DNA from: Macrostomum lignano
Taxonomy: Eukaryota
Direction of reading: 5' to 3'
Length of the DNA stretch: 64,000 nt
Assembly (NCBI GenBank): GCA_002269645.1
Contig: NIVC01002374.1
Span: 62,001 to 126,000, forward strand
Made by a program: the position numbers and the translations under genes. Below are positions 22,235 through 35,496 of the stretch, piece by piece. How positions within the stretch are numbered: the first letter of the stretch is position 1; each line of letters opens with the position of its first letter. The notes below the pieces were generated by a model. It was not told the DNA's origin. It saw only the letters and a list, made by a program, of their open reading frames with translations, and ran no database searches.

Positions 22235-24632
22235 CAAGCGACTATCAGGGCGATTCTCAAGCAATAGTCAGGGCGATTCTCAAGCGACAATCAGGGCGAT
22301 TCTCAAGCGACTATCAGGGCGATTCTCAAGCAATAGTCAGGGCGATTCTCAAGCGACAATCAGGGCGATTCTCAAGCGACTATCAGGGCGATTCTCAAGC
22401 GACTATCAGAGCGATTCTCAAGCAATAGTCAGGGCGATTCTCAAGCGACAATCAGGGCGATTCTCAAGCGACAATCAGGGCGATTCTCAAGCGACAATCA
22501 GGGCGATTCTCAAGCGACAATCAGGGCGATTCTCAAGCGACAATCAGGGCGATTCTCAAGCGACAATCAGGGCGATTCTCAAGCGACAATCAGGGCGATT
22601 CTCAAGCGACAATCAGGGCGATTCTCAAGCGACAATCAGGGCGATTTTCAAGCGACAATCAGGGCGATTCTCAAGCGACAATCAGGGCGATTCTCAAGTG
22701 ATGATCAGGGCGATTCTCAAGCGACAATCAGGGAGATTCTCAAGCGACAATCAGGGCGATTCTCAAGCGACAATCAGGGCGATTCTCAAGCGACAATCAG
22801 GGCGATTCTCAAGCGACAATCAGGGCGATTCACAAGCGACTATCAGGGCGATTCTCAAGCGACAATCAGGGCGATTCTCAAGCGACAATCAGGGCGAATC
22901 TCAAGCGACAATCAGGGCGATTCTCAAGCGACAATCAGGACGTTTCTCAAGCGACAATCAGGGCGATTCTCAAGCGACAATCAGGGCGATTCTCAAGCGA
23001 CAATCAGGGCGAATCTCAAGCGACAATCAGGGCGATTTTGAAGCGAAAATCAGGACGATTCTCAAGCGACAATCAGGGCGATTCTCAAGCGACTATCAGG
23101 GCGATTCTCAAGCGACAATCAGGGCGATTCTCAAGCGACAATCAGGGCGATTCTCAAGCGACAATCAGGGCGATTCTCAAGCGACAATCAGGGCGATTCT
23201 CAAGCGACAATCAGGGCGATTCTCAAGCGACAATCAGGGCGAATCTCAAGCGACAATCAGGGCGATTCTCAAGCGACAATCAGGGCGATTCTCAAGCGAC
23301 AATCAGGGCGATTCTCAAGCGACAATCAGGGCAATTCTCAAGCGATTATAAGGGCGATTCTCAAGCGACAATCAGGGCGATTTTGAAGCGAAAATCAGGA
23401 CGATTCTCAAGCGACAATCAGGGCGATTCTCAAGCGACTATCAGGGCGATTCTCAAGCGACAATCAGGGCGATTCTCAAGCGACAATCAGGGCGATTCTC
23501 AAGCGACAATCAGGGCGATTCTCAAGCGACAATCAGGGCGATTCTCAAGCGACAATCAGGGCGATTCTTAAGCGACAATCAGGGCGATTCTCAAGCGACT
23601 ATCAGGGCGATTCTCAAGTGATGATCAGGGCAATTCTCAAGCGACTATCAGGACGATTCTCAAGCGACAATCAGGGCGAATCTCAAGCGACAATCAGGGC
23701 GATTCTCAAGCGACAATCAGGGCGATTCTCAAGCGACAATCAGGGCGATTCTCAAGCGATAATCAGGGCGATTCTCAAGTGATGATCAGGGCGATTCTCA
23801 AGCGACAATCAGGGCGATTCTCAAGCGACAATCAGGGCGATTCTCAAGCGACAATTAGGGCGATTTTCAAGCGACAATCAGGGCGATTCTCAAGCGATAA
23901 TCAGGGCGATTCTCAAGTGATGATCAGGGCGATTCTCAAGCGACAATCAGGGCGATTCTCAAGCGACAATCAGGGCGATTCTCAAGCGACAATCAGGGCG
24001 ATTCTCAAGCGACTATCAGGGCGATTCTCAAGCGACTATCAGGACGTTTCTCAAGCGACAATCAGGGCGATTCTCAAGCGACAATCAGGGCGATTCTCAA
24101 GCGACAATCAGGGCGATTCTCAAGCGACAATCAGGACGATTCTCAAGCGACAATTAGGGCGATTCTCAAGCGACAATCAGGGCGATTCTCAAGCGACAAT
24201 CAGGGCGATTCTCAAGCGACAATCAGGGCGATTCTCAAGCGACAATCAGGGCGATTCTCAAGCGACAATCAGGGCGATTCTCAAGCGACAATCAGGGCGA
24301 TTCTCAAGCGACAATCAGGGCGATTCTCAAGCGACAATCAGGGCGATTCTCAAGCGACAATCAGGGCGATTCTCAAGCGACTATCAGGGCGATTCTCAAG
24401 CGACAATCAGGGCGATTCTCAAGCGACTATCAGGGCGATTCTCAAGCGACAATCAGGGCGATTCTCAAGCGACAATCAGGGCGATTCTCAAGCGACAATC
24501 AGGGCGATTCTCAAGCGACAATCAGGGCGATTCTCAAGCGACAATCAGGGCGATTCTCAAGCGACAATCAGGGCGATTCTCAAGCGACTATCAGGGCGAT
24601 TCTCAAATGATGATCAGGGCAATTCTCAAGCG
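22235..24632. repeat. 23-bp intronic minisatellite (cagggcgattctcaagcgacaat)
   Basis: About 100 copies; source of the ATIRAILKRQ ORFs. Confidence 0.97.
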
Positions 24633-24715
24633 ATAAAAATGTCAATAGGCAATTCAAAACAAGAGACCAAAACCGCTTAAAAGAAACTTCTGAAAGCCAA
24701 AACCGCTCTACTTAC

Positions 24716-24855
24716 AAGGCGAAGTCAGGCAGAAGGCGGACAGGAAGGCCATTTCGTTCTCCTCTATACGAAGCGAGTCCCACTTGCGTGAGACGTCAAA
24801 GAATTTGAGAAACAGCTGCGACAGCATCGGATGTCCAGCCGACTGCAGAAAGCGC
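24716..24855 (-). CDS. Nuclear receptor exon 4 (LBD)
   Basis: cttcag acceptor, gtaagt donor; FFDVSRKWDSLRIEENEMAFLSAFCLTSP matches the LBD helix 7-8 pattern (L.l...E.aLL.A..L.sP). Confidence 0.88.
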
Positions 24856-25074
24856 CTGAAGATTAGGCGGGATTGTTTTTTTTGTCCTCTGATGAACTAC
24901 AGGTTACTAGATATGCAATATGAAAATGAAATGACTGCAGGAGGGCTGTCCCACAATTTCCATTTCGCTCACGCAGGGTGTACAGCGGGCTCTGACTTTC
25001 AAATCGTCGGGCAAATTGATTTGAGCAATATTTTTTATATTTAATCTTTAGTTTAAAAATATGCAGTAACTGAT

Positions 25075-26665
25075 TTAGACTGCTCACTGACTGATTCAAA
25101 CTACTCAGGCACTGACGTAAACTACTCAGTCATTGACTCAAACTACTCATTCACTGACTCAAACTACTCAGTCACTGACTCAAACTACTCAGTCACTGAC
25201 TCAAACTACTCAGTCACTGACTCAAACTACTCAGGCACTGACTCAAACTACTCAGTCATGACTCAAATTACTCAGTCACTAACTTAAACTACTCAGGCAC
25301 TGACTCAAACTACTCAGTCACTAACTTAAACTACTCAGGCACTGACTCAAACTACTCAGTCACTGACTCAAACTACTCAGTCACTGACTCAAACTACTCA
25401 GTCACTGACTCAAACTACTCAGTCACTAACTTAAACTACTCAGTCACTGACTCAAACTACTCAGTCACTGACTCAAACTACTCAGGCACTGACTCAAACT
25501 ACTCAGTCACTAACTTAAACTACTCAGTCACTGACTCAAACTACTCAGTCACTGACTCAAACTACTCAGTCACTAACTTAAACTACTCAGTCACTGACTC
25601 AAATTACTCAGTCACTGACTCAAACTACTCAGGCACTGACTCAAACTACTCAGTCATGACTCAAACTACTCAGTCACTAACTTAAACTACTCAGGCACTG
25701 ACTCAAACTACTCAGTCACTAACTTAAACTACTCAGGCACTGACTCAAACTACTCAGTCACTGACTCAAACTACTCAGGCACTGACTCAAACTACTCAGG
25801 CACTGACTCAAACTACTCAGTCACTAACTTAAACTACTCAGTCATGACTCAAACTACTCAGGCACTAACTTAAACTACTCAGGCACTGACTCAAACTACT
25901 CAGGCACTGACTCAAACTACTCAGGCACTGACTCAAACTACTCAGGCACTGACTCAAACTACTCAGGCACTGACTCAAACTACTCAGGCACTGACTCAAA
26001 CTACTCAGGCACTGACTCAAACTACTCAGTCACTGACTCAAACTACTCAGGCACTGACTCAAACTACTCAGGCACTGACTCAAACTACTCAGTCACTGAC
26101 TCAAACTACTCAGGCACTGACTCAAACTACTCAGGCACTGACTCAAACTACTCAGTCACTAACTTAAACTACTCAGTCATGACTCAAACTACTCAGGCAC
26201 TAACTTAAACTACTCAGTCACTGACTCAAACTACTCAGGCACTGACTCAAACTACTCAGTCACTGACTCAAACTACTCAGGCACTGACTCAAACTACTCA
26301 GTCACTGACTCAAACTACTCAGGCACTGACTCAAACTACTCAGGCACTGACTCAAACTACTCAGTCACTAACTTAAACTACTCAGGCACTGACTCAAACT
26401 ACTCAGTCACTGACTCAAACTACTCAGGCACTGACTCAAACTACTCAGTCATGACTCAAACTACTCAGGCACTGACTCAAACTACTCAGTCACTAACTTA
26501 AACTACTCAGGCACTGACTCAAACTACTCAGTCACTGACTCAAACTACTCAGGCACTGACTCAAACTACTCAGTCATGACTCAAACTACTCAGTCACTGA
26601 CTCAAACTATTCAGTCATTGACTCAAACTACTCAGTCACTGACTCAAACTACTCAGTCCCTGACT
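25075..26665. repeat. 21-bp intronic minisatellite (actgactcaaactactcagtc)
   Basis: About 75 copies in NR intron 3. Confidence 0.96.
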
Positions 26666-26732
26666 CAGACAGCTGAGTCTCAAGCAACACAAGCATCCAA
26701 ATGCAAAAAGTCAAGCCCAGTAATTCTCCTAC

Positions 26733-27073
26733 CTGGTCAGCCGAAACCTCATAGTTGGATCAATGATAAAGTCCTGTTGACTCTGCACCAGAGAGGCACA
26801 AAACCGCATACCAACCAACTTGAAGCTGTGCTGAACAATCAGACGTTTCTTGTCCGAGTCGGTGAGCGCGTCCGAGCAGCTGGACACGGACACTCTGTCC
26901 CGATGAGTTTCGAAGTGCTGCTGCTGCTGCGGCGCCGGCTCCGGCATCGAATGCGACGATGTGCCGCCGAAAATGTTGCGACTAAAGGCCACGATTCGAA
27001 GCATGAGCTGGGGAATGTAATCCACTAGGGTGTGCAAGACTACGCCTTCGTCCGCTGGGCTGGGCTCTTGTAG
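26733..27073 (-). CDS. Nuclear receptor exon 3 (LBD helices 3-5)
   Basis: ttttcag acceptor in phase 0, AG|gtagga donor; IPQLMLRIVAFSRNI...LTDSDKKRLIVQHSFKLVGMRF follows the LBD signature. Confidence 0.88.
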
Positions 27074-27129
27074 CTGAAAATAGCGACAGGGACCAGAGGT
27101 TGCGGCAAGCTAACAGGTCTAACAGGTTA

Positions 27130-27822
27130 CGTCTGTCTAACATGCAAGACCTGTGTCTAACAAGCAAGACCTGTGTCTAACATGCAAGACCTGTGTCTAA
27201 CATGCAAGACCTGTGTCTAACATGCAAGACCTGTGTCTAATATACAAGACCTGTGTCTAACAAGCAAGACCTGTGTCTAACATGCAAGACCTGTGTCTAA
27301 CATGCAAGACCTGTGTCTAACAAGCAAGACCTGTGTCTAACATGCAAGACCTGTGTCTAACAAGCAAGACCTGTGTCTAACATGCAAGACCTGTGTCTAA
27401 CATGCAATACCTGTGTCTAACAAGCAAGACCTGTGTCTAACATGCAAGACCTGTGTCTAATATACAAGACTGTCTAACATCTAAGACCTGTGTCTAACAT
27501 GCAATACCTGTGTCTAACAAGCAAGACCTGTGTCTAATATACAAGACCTGTGTCTAACATGCAAGACCTGTGTCTAACATGCAAGACCTGTGTCTAATAT
27601 ACAAGACCTGTGTCTAATATACAAGACCTGTGTCTAATATACAAGACCTGTGTCTAATATACAAGACCTGTGTCTAATATACAAGACCTGTGTCTAATAT
27701 ACAAGACCTGTGTCTAATATGCAAGACCTGTGTCTAACAAGCAAGACTGTCTAACATCTAAGACCTGTGTCAAACATGTAACACCTATGTCTAACACCCA
27801 AGAGATGTATCTAACATGCAAG
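27130..27822. repeat. 20-bp intronic minisatellite (acatgcaagacctgtgtcta)
   Basis: About 34 copies. Confidence 0.95.
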
Positions 27823-28523
27823 TCTTCTTCTGAGTGAGCATAGAAGCACTATGAGGTGTGTATTTCTATGGCCAAGGATATGCGAACAATTGCATGCTGC
27901 TTACAGCAGGAAGCACTTTTAAAAATCGGACTTTCGTGGCATGAAAGCTAAAATAAGCTGCTAACTTTTAGGGCATATGATTTTTAGACACACATTAATA
28001 CTTGTGAAAGCAAGCAAAAGTGACACTACTTCTGGGACACCCCTCGTATTTTAAGAAGAAAATTATCAGTGACGACTACAAAATAAGAGACTGTGCAGCT
28101 AAGGGGCCCGCCTTAATTAGACAACTCTGAGGCGGAAAAAATCCACGTCTCCGTAATTTAAATCTCAAAAAACATTCTCAAAGGCTTGTAGAATCTAAAG
28201 ACGCTATCAATTTGCAGGCATCTTTAGGCGAAATCTGAAAACGAAGTGAGAGCGTTCGTGACTCTCTCGTGACACAGCCGCTTTTCAGCCAGACAATTCG
28301 AACCCTAATCTTCTTCGACAGCCGAATAAATACGCGATGCAGTAATCCAGTGGTTTGGATTATCCCAATCAAGCTGATTAAGTATCATAAAGAGAGCAAC
28401 AGACTCAAACAAAACGGGAAAATAATCATTTCGGCTAAGGGCTAAAAAAGTTTGAAGCTCTCTTCTGCTGTGCAGCATAGCAACCACTCACCTCAACTAA
28501 TTCAATAGGACGGACGTACCTGT

Positions 28524-31500
28524 GCTAAGCCTAATTCATCAGTCACTCTAAACCTAACTCATCAGTCGCTCTAAACCTAATCCATCAGTCACTCTAAACC
28601 TAATTCATCAGTCACTCTAAGCCTAATTCATCAGTCAGTCTAAACCTAATTCATCAGTCACTCTAAACCTAATTCATCAGTCACTCTAAGCCTAATTCAT
28701 CAGTCACTCTAAACCTAATTCATCAGTCACTCTAAACCTAATTCATCAGTCACTCTAAACCTAATTCATCAGTCACACTAAGCCTAATTCATCATCAGTC
28801 ACTCTAAACCTAATTCATCAGTCAGTCTAAACCTAATTCATCAGTCACTCTAAACCTAATTCATCAGTCACTCTAAGCCTAATTCATCAGTCACACTAAG
28901 CCTAATTCATCAGTCACTCTAAACCTAATTCATCAGTCACTCTAAGCCTAATTCATCAGTCACACTAAGCCTAATTCATCAGTCACACTAAGCCTAATTC
29001 ATCAGTCACTCTAAACCTAATTTATCAGTCACACCAAGCCTAATTCACCAGTCACACTAAGCCTAATTCATCAGTCACCCTAAGCCTAATTCATCAGTCA
29101 CACTAAGCCTAATTCATCAGTCACTCTAAACCTAATTCATCAGTCACACTAAGCCTAATTCATCAGTCACACTAAGCCTAATTCATCAGTCACTCTAAAC
29201 CTAATTTATCAGTCACACCAAGCCTAATTCACCAGTCACACTAAGCCTAATTCATCAGTCACCCTAAGCCTAATTCATCAGTCACTCTAAGCCTAATTCA
29301 TCAGTCACTCTAAACCTAATTCATCAGTCACTCTAAGCCTAATTCATCAGTCACACTAAGCTTAATTCATCAGTCACACTAAGCCTAATTCATCAGTCAC
29401 TCTAAACCTAATTCATCAGTCACACTAAGCCTAATTCATCAGTCACACTAAGCCTAATTCATCAGTCACTCTAAGCCTAATTCATCAGTCACTCTAAACC
29501 TAATTCATCAGTCACTCTAAACCTAATCCATCAGTCACACTAAGCCTAATTCATCAGTCACACTAAGCCTAATTCATCAGTCACTCTAAACCTAATTTAT
29601 CAGTCACACCAAGCCTAATTCACCAGTCACACTAAGCCTAATTCATCAGTCACCCTAAGCCTAATTCATCAGTCGCTCTAAACCTAATCCATCAGTCACT
29701 CTAAACCTAATTCATCAGTCACTCTAAGCCTAATTCATCAGTCAGTCTAAACCTAATTCATCAGTCACTCTAAACCTAATTCATCAGTCACTCTAAGCCT
29801 AATTCATCAGTCACTCTAAACCTAATTCATCAGTCACTCTAAACCTAATTCATCAGTCACTCTAAACCTAATTCATCAGTCACACTAAGCCTAATTCATC
29901 ATCAGTCACTCTAAACCTAATTCATCAGTCAGTCTAAACCTAATTCATCAGTCACTCTAAACCTAATTCATCAGTCACTCTAAGCCTAATTCATCAGTCA
30001 CACTAAGCCTAATTCATCAGTCACTCTAAACCTAATTCATCAGTCACTCTAAGCCTAATTCATCAGTCACACTAAGCCTAATTCATCAGTCACACTAAGC
30101 CTAATTCATCAGTCACTCTAAACCTAATTTATCAGTCACACCAAGCCTAATTCACCAGTCACACTAAGCCTAATTCATCAGTCACCCTAAGCCTAATTCA
30201 TCAGTCACTCTAAGCCTAATTCATCAGTCACTCTAAACCTAATTCATCAGTCACACTAAGCCTAATTCATCAGTCACACTAAGCCTAATTCATCAGTCAC
30301 TCTAAACCTAATTTATCAGTCACACCAAGCCTAATTCACCAGTCACACTAAGCCTAATTCATCAGTCACCCTAAGCCTAATTCATCAGTCACTCTAAGCC
30401 TAATTCATCAGTCACTCTAAACCTAATTCATCAGTCACTCTAAGCCTAATTCATCAGTCACACTAAGCTTAATTCATCAGTCACACTAAGCCTAATTCAT
30501 CAGTCACTCTAAACCTAATTCATCAGTCACACTAAGCCTAATTCATCAGTCACACTAAGCCTAATTCATCAGTCACTCTAAGCCTAATTCATCAGTCACT
30601 CTAAACCTAATTCATCAGTCACTCTAAACCTAATCCATCAGTCACACTAAGCCTAATTCATCAGTCACACTAAGCCTAATTCATCAGTCACTCTAAACCT
30701 AATTCATCAGTCACACCAAGCCTAATTCACCAGTCACACTAAGCCTAATTCATCAGTCACCCTAAGCCTAATTCATCAGTCAGTCTAAACCTAATTTATC
30801 AGTCACTCTAAACCTAATTCATCAGTCACTCTAAGCCTAATTCATCAGTCACACTAAGCCTAATTCATCAGTCACTCTAAACCTAATTCATCAGTCACTC
30901 TAAGCCTAATTCATCAGTCACACTAAGCCTAATTCATCAGTCACACTAAGCCTAATTCATCAGTCACTCTAAACCTAATTCATCAGTCACACCAAGCCTA
31001 ATTCACCAGTCACACTAAGCCTAATTCATCAGTCACCCTAAGCCTAATTCATCAGTCACTCTAAGCCTAATTCATCAGTCACTCTAAACCTAATTCATCA
31101 GTCACTCTAAGCCTAATTCATCAGTCACACTAAGCTTAATTCATCAGTCACACTAAGCCTAATTCATCAGTCACTCTAAACCTAATTCATCAGTCACACT
31201 AAGCCTAATTCACCAGTCACACTAAGCCTAATTCATCAGTCACTCTAAGCCTAATTCATCAGTCACTCTAAACCTAATTCATCAGTCACTCTAAGCCTAA
31301 TTCATCAGTCACACTAAGCCTAATTCATCAGTCACTCTAAACCTAATTCATCAGTCACACTAAGCCTAATTCACCAGTCACACTAAGCCTAATTTATCAG
31401 TCACTCTAAGCCTAATTCATCAGTCACACTAAGCCTAATTCATCATCAGTCACTCTAAACCTAATTCATCAGTCACACTAAGCCTAATTCATCAGTCACT

Positions 31501-31966
31501 CTAAACCTAATTCATCAGTCACACTAAGCCTAATTCATCAGTCACTCTAAACCTAATTTATCAGTCACTCTAAGCCTAATTCATCAGTCACACTAAGCCT
31601 AATTCATCAGTCACTCTAAACCTAATTCATCAGTCACTCTAAACCTAATTCATCAGTCACACTAAGCCTAATTCATCAGTCACACTAAGCCTAATTCATC
31701 AGTCACTCTAAACCTAATTTATCAGTCACACCAAGCCTAATTCACCAGTCACACTAAGCCTAATTCATCAGTCACACTAAGCCTAATTTATCAGTCACTC
31801 TAAGCCTAATTAATCAGTCACACTAAGCCTAATTCATCAGTCACTCTAAGCCTAATTCATCAGTCACTCTAAGCCTAATTCATCAGTCACACTAAGCCTA
31901 ATTTATCAGTCACTCTAAGCCTAATTAATCAGTCACACTAAGCCTAATTCATCAGTCACACTAAGC
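28524..31966. repeat. 23-bp intronic minisatellite (gcctaattcatcagtcacactaa)
   Basis: About 150 copies with higher-order blocks. Confidence 0.97.
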
Positions 31967-31985
31967 CAACAATTACTGTTCTCAC

Positions 31986-33083
31986 CTGCGCCAGTCTGTC
32001 GTTAATGAATTGTCGCATGCGATTCTGAGTAAAGTAGAACGTCTGCCGATGACCCTCCAGAATGAGGCGGGTGTTCTCGGCGATGACGTCACCGCACGCG
32101 GGATTGCCAGCGAATTGACTATTCAAATCGGCTTCCCAATAGCCCACAAATTTGTCTATGGCCGTCAAGATGAGATGCGACACTGAGTTATTAAACGATA
32201 AGGTGTTGTGCAGATCTTCCAGCTCAGCGGCTCGCTGAGGACCGGCCAGACGACGGCAGATCATTGACAGCGGGGTGGCCATCAGGCAGGACTTCTCTAG
32301 CCAAACCTTCTTGGGCGCTCTTGCCGTGTCCGGCGTTGCAACGGCCGGAGCCGAAGCCGGCGAACCAGCGACGCTCCGATTAGCGCCAGGAATCGGAATG
32401 GCGCCAGAGCACGAGGCTGTCGGCGAATTACTCGAAGATGCGGCATCGGGCATCGACGACCGCCAACCGGTGCCTTGGCGGCTTATCAGTTTGAGGCAAT
32501 TCACCGAAGCGGGCGTCTGCTGCCAATGCGGAGGCGTGGGAGGCGTCACCGGTTCAGGCGGCGACGGATAGGTGAGCGGCCCGACGCCGCCACTGCCGGC
32601 TCCCTGCTGCATGAGCTGCGAAGCCACCTGCCGACCGGAGAGCCGGCCTTCCAGCAGGCTTGGGGGCGGTGGCGGCTGCTGCTGCTGCTGCTGTTGCGTT
32701 TTTACAACTGGCTCCCTGCGAAAGCAGGATCGTCTGCTGACCTGAGATTCGAACTCGCGTCGTTTCTGATCAATATAGTCCAGAAGGTGCTGGTCGGTGA
32801 TGTCGGACAGTTGGGTCGCAGCGCTCTGGCAGCCCGGCAGCATGATCTGATCGTCTGATGGAGCGGCTCCGGCAGCAGCGGCTCTGGCGGACGAGGAGCC
32901 TCTTAATCGAAGCTTAGCCCGCCTGCCCAGCTTGGACCGCTGGCGGCCCATGTTGACGGCGCAGCACTTCTTCAGGCGGCACCACTGGCATGTGTTGCGC
33001 GTCTGCGGCGTCATCTCCAGCGGGACAGAGTGGGCGCAGGCGCCGCCGATGTTGCGGCTGGAGACGATGCGGCGGAAGAAACC
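31986..33083 (-). CDS. Nuclear receptor exon 2 (second zinc finger, T-box, hinge)
   Basis: cgcag|GFFRR...RNTCQWCRLKKCCAVNMGRQRSKLGRR; CAG|gtgaga donor; 366 open codons. Confidence 0.93.
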
Positions 33084-33087
33084 CTGC

Positions 33088-33470
33088 GGGAGTGCCAGAT
33101 TGGAGTGCCAGACTGGAGTGCCAGACTGGAGTGCCAGACTGGAGTGCCCAATTGGAGTGCCCAATTGGAGTTCCAGATGATTGGAGTGCCAGACTGGAGT
33201 GCCAGATTGGAGTACCAGACTGGAATGCCAGATGATTGAAGTGCCAGATACCAGACTGGAGTTCCAGATTGGAGTGCCGGATAATTGGAGTGTCAGACTG
33301 GATTGTCATATTCGGGGTGGGAAATGGTGTGGGACTGGGATAGATAGGGGTGGGACTGGGATAGATGGGGTGGACTGGGATAGATGGGGTGGGACTGGGA
33401 TAGATGTGGTGGGACTAGGATAGATGGGGTGGACTAGGATAGATGGAGTGGGACTAGGATAGATGAGTGA
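33088..33470. repeat. 13-bp (ggagtgccagact) and ~19-bp (gggactgggatagat...) arrays abutting the NR exon 2 acceptor
   Basis: The 13-mer runs directly into the cgcag acceptor. Confidence 0.85.
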
Positions 33471-34017
33471 AACCAGATGATTTCATAGAGATAGAGAACC
33501 TCATCTACAAGCCCCTACAATCGCATTTATAGACCCTCGTAAGCAGTCAGAGAACATCAAATAGACCATTAAAAATGAAGTCAGGCATTTCAGCCATCGT
33601 GATGAAGCAGAGAAGCTGTGAGTGGTGCAGCTGCATAACCGAACAGCTTAGTTGAGTTAATTTTGTGCCCTACAGGTGCGGGCCAACTCCCTACACGATG
33701 GCATCTGCCTCCCAAAGAGCTCCCCATGGCAGCGCTAAGCCCGCTAATTGAATAGGCGTGGAGTGCGCGCTTTGGGAATCAATAAATTTGCTGAAATACA
33801 GGAACCTGTTCACCTGTTCATAATTGTTAATTGACGCTCTAAATTAATACGGGCACATTTAAAAGGTTTTAGGGCTTTTATTGTCTCTGTTTATTATTTT
33901 CAATGACAAATGTTGCTGGTAGCAATACGCAGCTTTGCTTCATCAAAGATTCGTTCCACAGCAGCTGCTCTGGGTATTGAGTATGCAGGCTAAAAATACC
34001 AGAGTAGTCTGCCTCAA

Positions 34018-34815
34018 TGCCCAAGTAGTCACTCGATACCCGAGTAGTCACTCTCAATACCCAAGTATTCACTCTCAATACCCGAGTACATGTAGACACT
34101 CTCAATACCCGAGTAGACACTCTCAATACCCGAGTAGTCACTCTCAATACCTGAGTAGACACTCTCAATACCCGAGTAGACACTCTCAATACCCGAGTAG
34201 TCACTCTCAATACCCGAGTAGACACTCTCAATACCCGAGTAGACACTCTCAATACCCGAGTAGTCACTCTCAATACCCGAGTAGACACTCTCAATACCCG
34301 AGTAGACACTCTCAATACCCGAGTAGTCACTCTCAATACCCGAGTAGACACTCTCAATACCCGAGTAGACACTCTCAATACCCGAGTAGTCACTCTCAAT
34401 ACCCGAGTAGACACTCTCAATACCCGAGTAGACACTCTCAATACCCGAGTAGACACTCTCAATACCCGAGTAGACACTCTCAATACCCAAGTATTCACTC
34501 TCAATACCCAAGTAGTCATTATCAATACCCAAGTAGTCACTCTCAATACCCAAGTAGTCACTCTCAATACCCAAGTATTCACTCTCAATACCCAAGTAGT
34601 CATTATCAATACCCAAGTAGTCACTCTCAATACCCAAGTAGTCATTCTCAATACCCAAGTAGTCACTCTCAATACCCAAGTAGTCACTCTCAATACCCGA
34701 GTAGACACTCTCAATACCCGAGTAGTCACTCTTAATACCCGAGTAGACACTCTCAATACCAGAGTAGACACTCTCAATACCCGAGTAGACACTCTCAATA
34801 CCCGAGTAGACACTA
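34018..34815. repeat. 21-bp intronic minisatellite (ctctcaatacccgagtagaca)
   Basis: About 38 copies in NR intron 1; source of the HSQYPSR / YSGIESV ORFs. Confidence 0.96.
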
Positions 34816-34847
34816 CCCGGACAAGACTTCAATGACAACAGTCTCAC

Positions 34848-35093
34848 CTTGCAGCCTTCGCAGGCGGGCACACCGTAATGAACGCCGCTGGCAGCGTCCT
34901 GACAAACTGCACACCGACTTAGCGCGGTTGACAGGCTGTCGCTGCCGCCCTCTTGTAGAGCCTCAACGCCGCGCTTGTCATCGACATAGTCATCAACAGT
35001 GGTCAAGTCGTCATAGTTATCCTCATCGTCAAGCTCGCACACTTCCGATTGATCTGAGTGCAACTGCTGTTGTTTGTGCCTTCTGAGACTCAT
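34848..35093 (-). CDS. Nuclear receptor exon 1 (first zinc finger, P-box CEGCKG); NR1 D/E/F-like, full CDS 762 aa
   Basis: CAVCQDAASGVHYGVPACEGCK|gtgaga; ATG at 35093, 7 nt after an acceptor (ccag), so an upstream exon probably exists. Confidence 0.93.
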
Positions 35094-35189
35094 TAACGTA
35101 CTGGAATTGTGCAGTGAGTAGATGATTTAGTTGACGACGTTAATATCGCGGCACAAGAAACTTCGTTTCTTACAAAACCTTTGAAGGCC

Positions 35190-35496
35190 GGCTTTACAAT
35201 AATAGCAATAACTGATTACACCTGCCCCAATTGGGCCAGATGTGCAACCGACAGCTCAGCCGCAGCTATTGCGCGGCGCATCTGAAGGCTGCGTACGGCT
35301 GTTCAGTCCAAGGACTGGGGGGGGGGGGGTCGCCACACACACTCTCAATTACACCAGCTAATGCTGGCACCCATTTTACTCTTGCTCTTGCTCAAGGACA
35401 CGAATTGTTCCAGTTGGATCGGGAATTGAACCCCCCCTCCTCCACCCACCTTTGAAGTCACGAGTCTGACGCCCTAACCACTAGGCTGCAATCCCC
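35190..35496 (-). mobile_element. tRNA-derived SINE
   Basis: Minus-strand head gcagcctagtggttagggcgtcagact (A box) ... ggttcaattcc (B box), then tgtccttgagcaag body and tgtaaagc-type tail. Boundaries approximate. Confidence 0.7.

Noticed and set aside
22698-24636. Long ORFs such as ATIRAILKRQSGRFSSDNQGDSQ as repeat proteins
   Set aside because: The 23-bp unit is not a multiple of 3, so all frames cycle; the array lies antisense inside NR intron 4.
33878-34815. HSQYPSR / YSGIESV / RVLRVST ORFs, including the 354-aa extension of NR exon 1
   Set aside because: Read-through past the AAG|gtgaga donor into an intronic 21-bp array; the zinc finger continues correctly at 33083.
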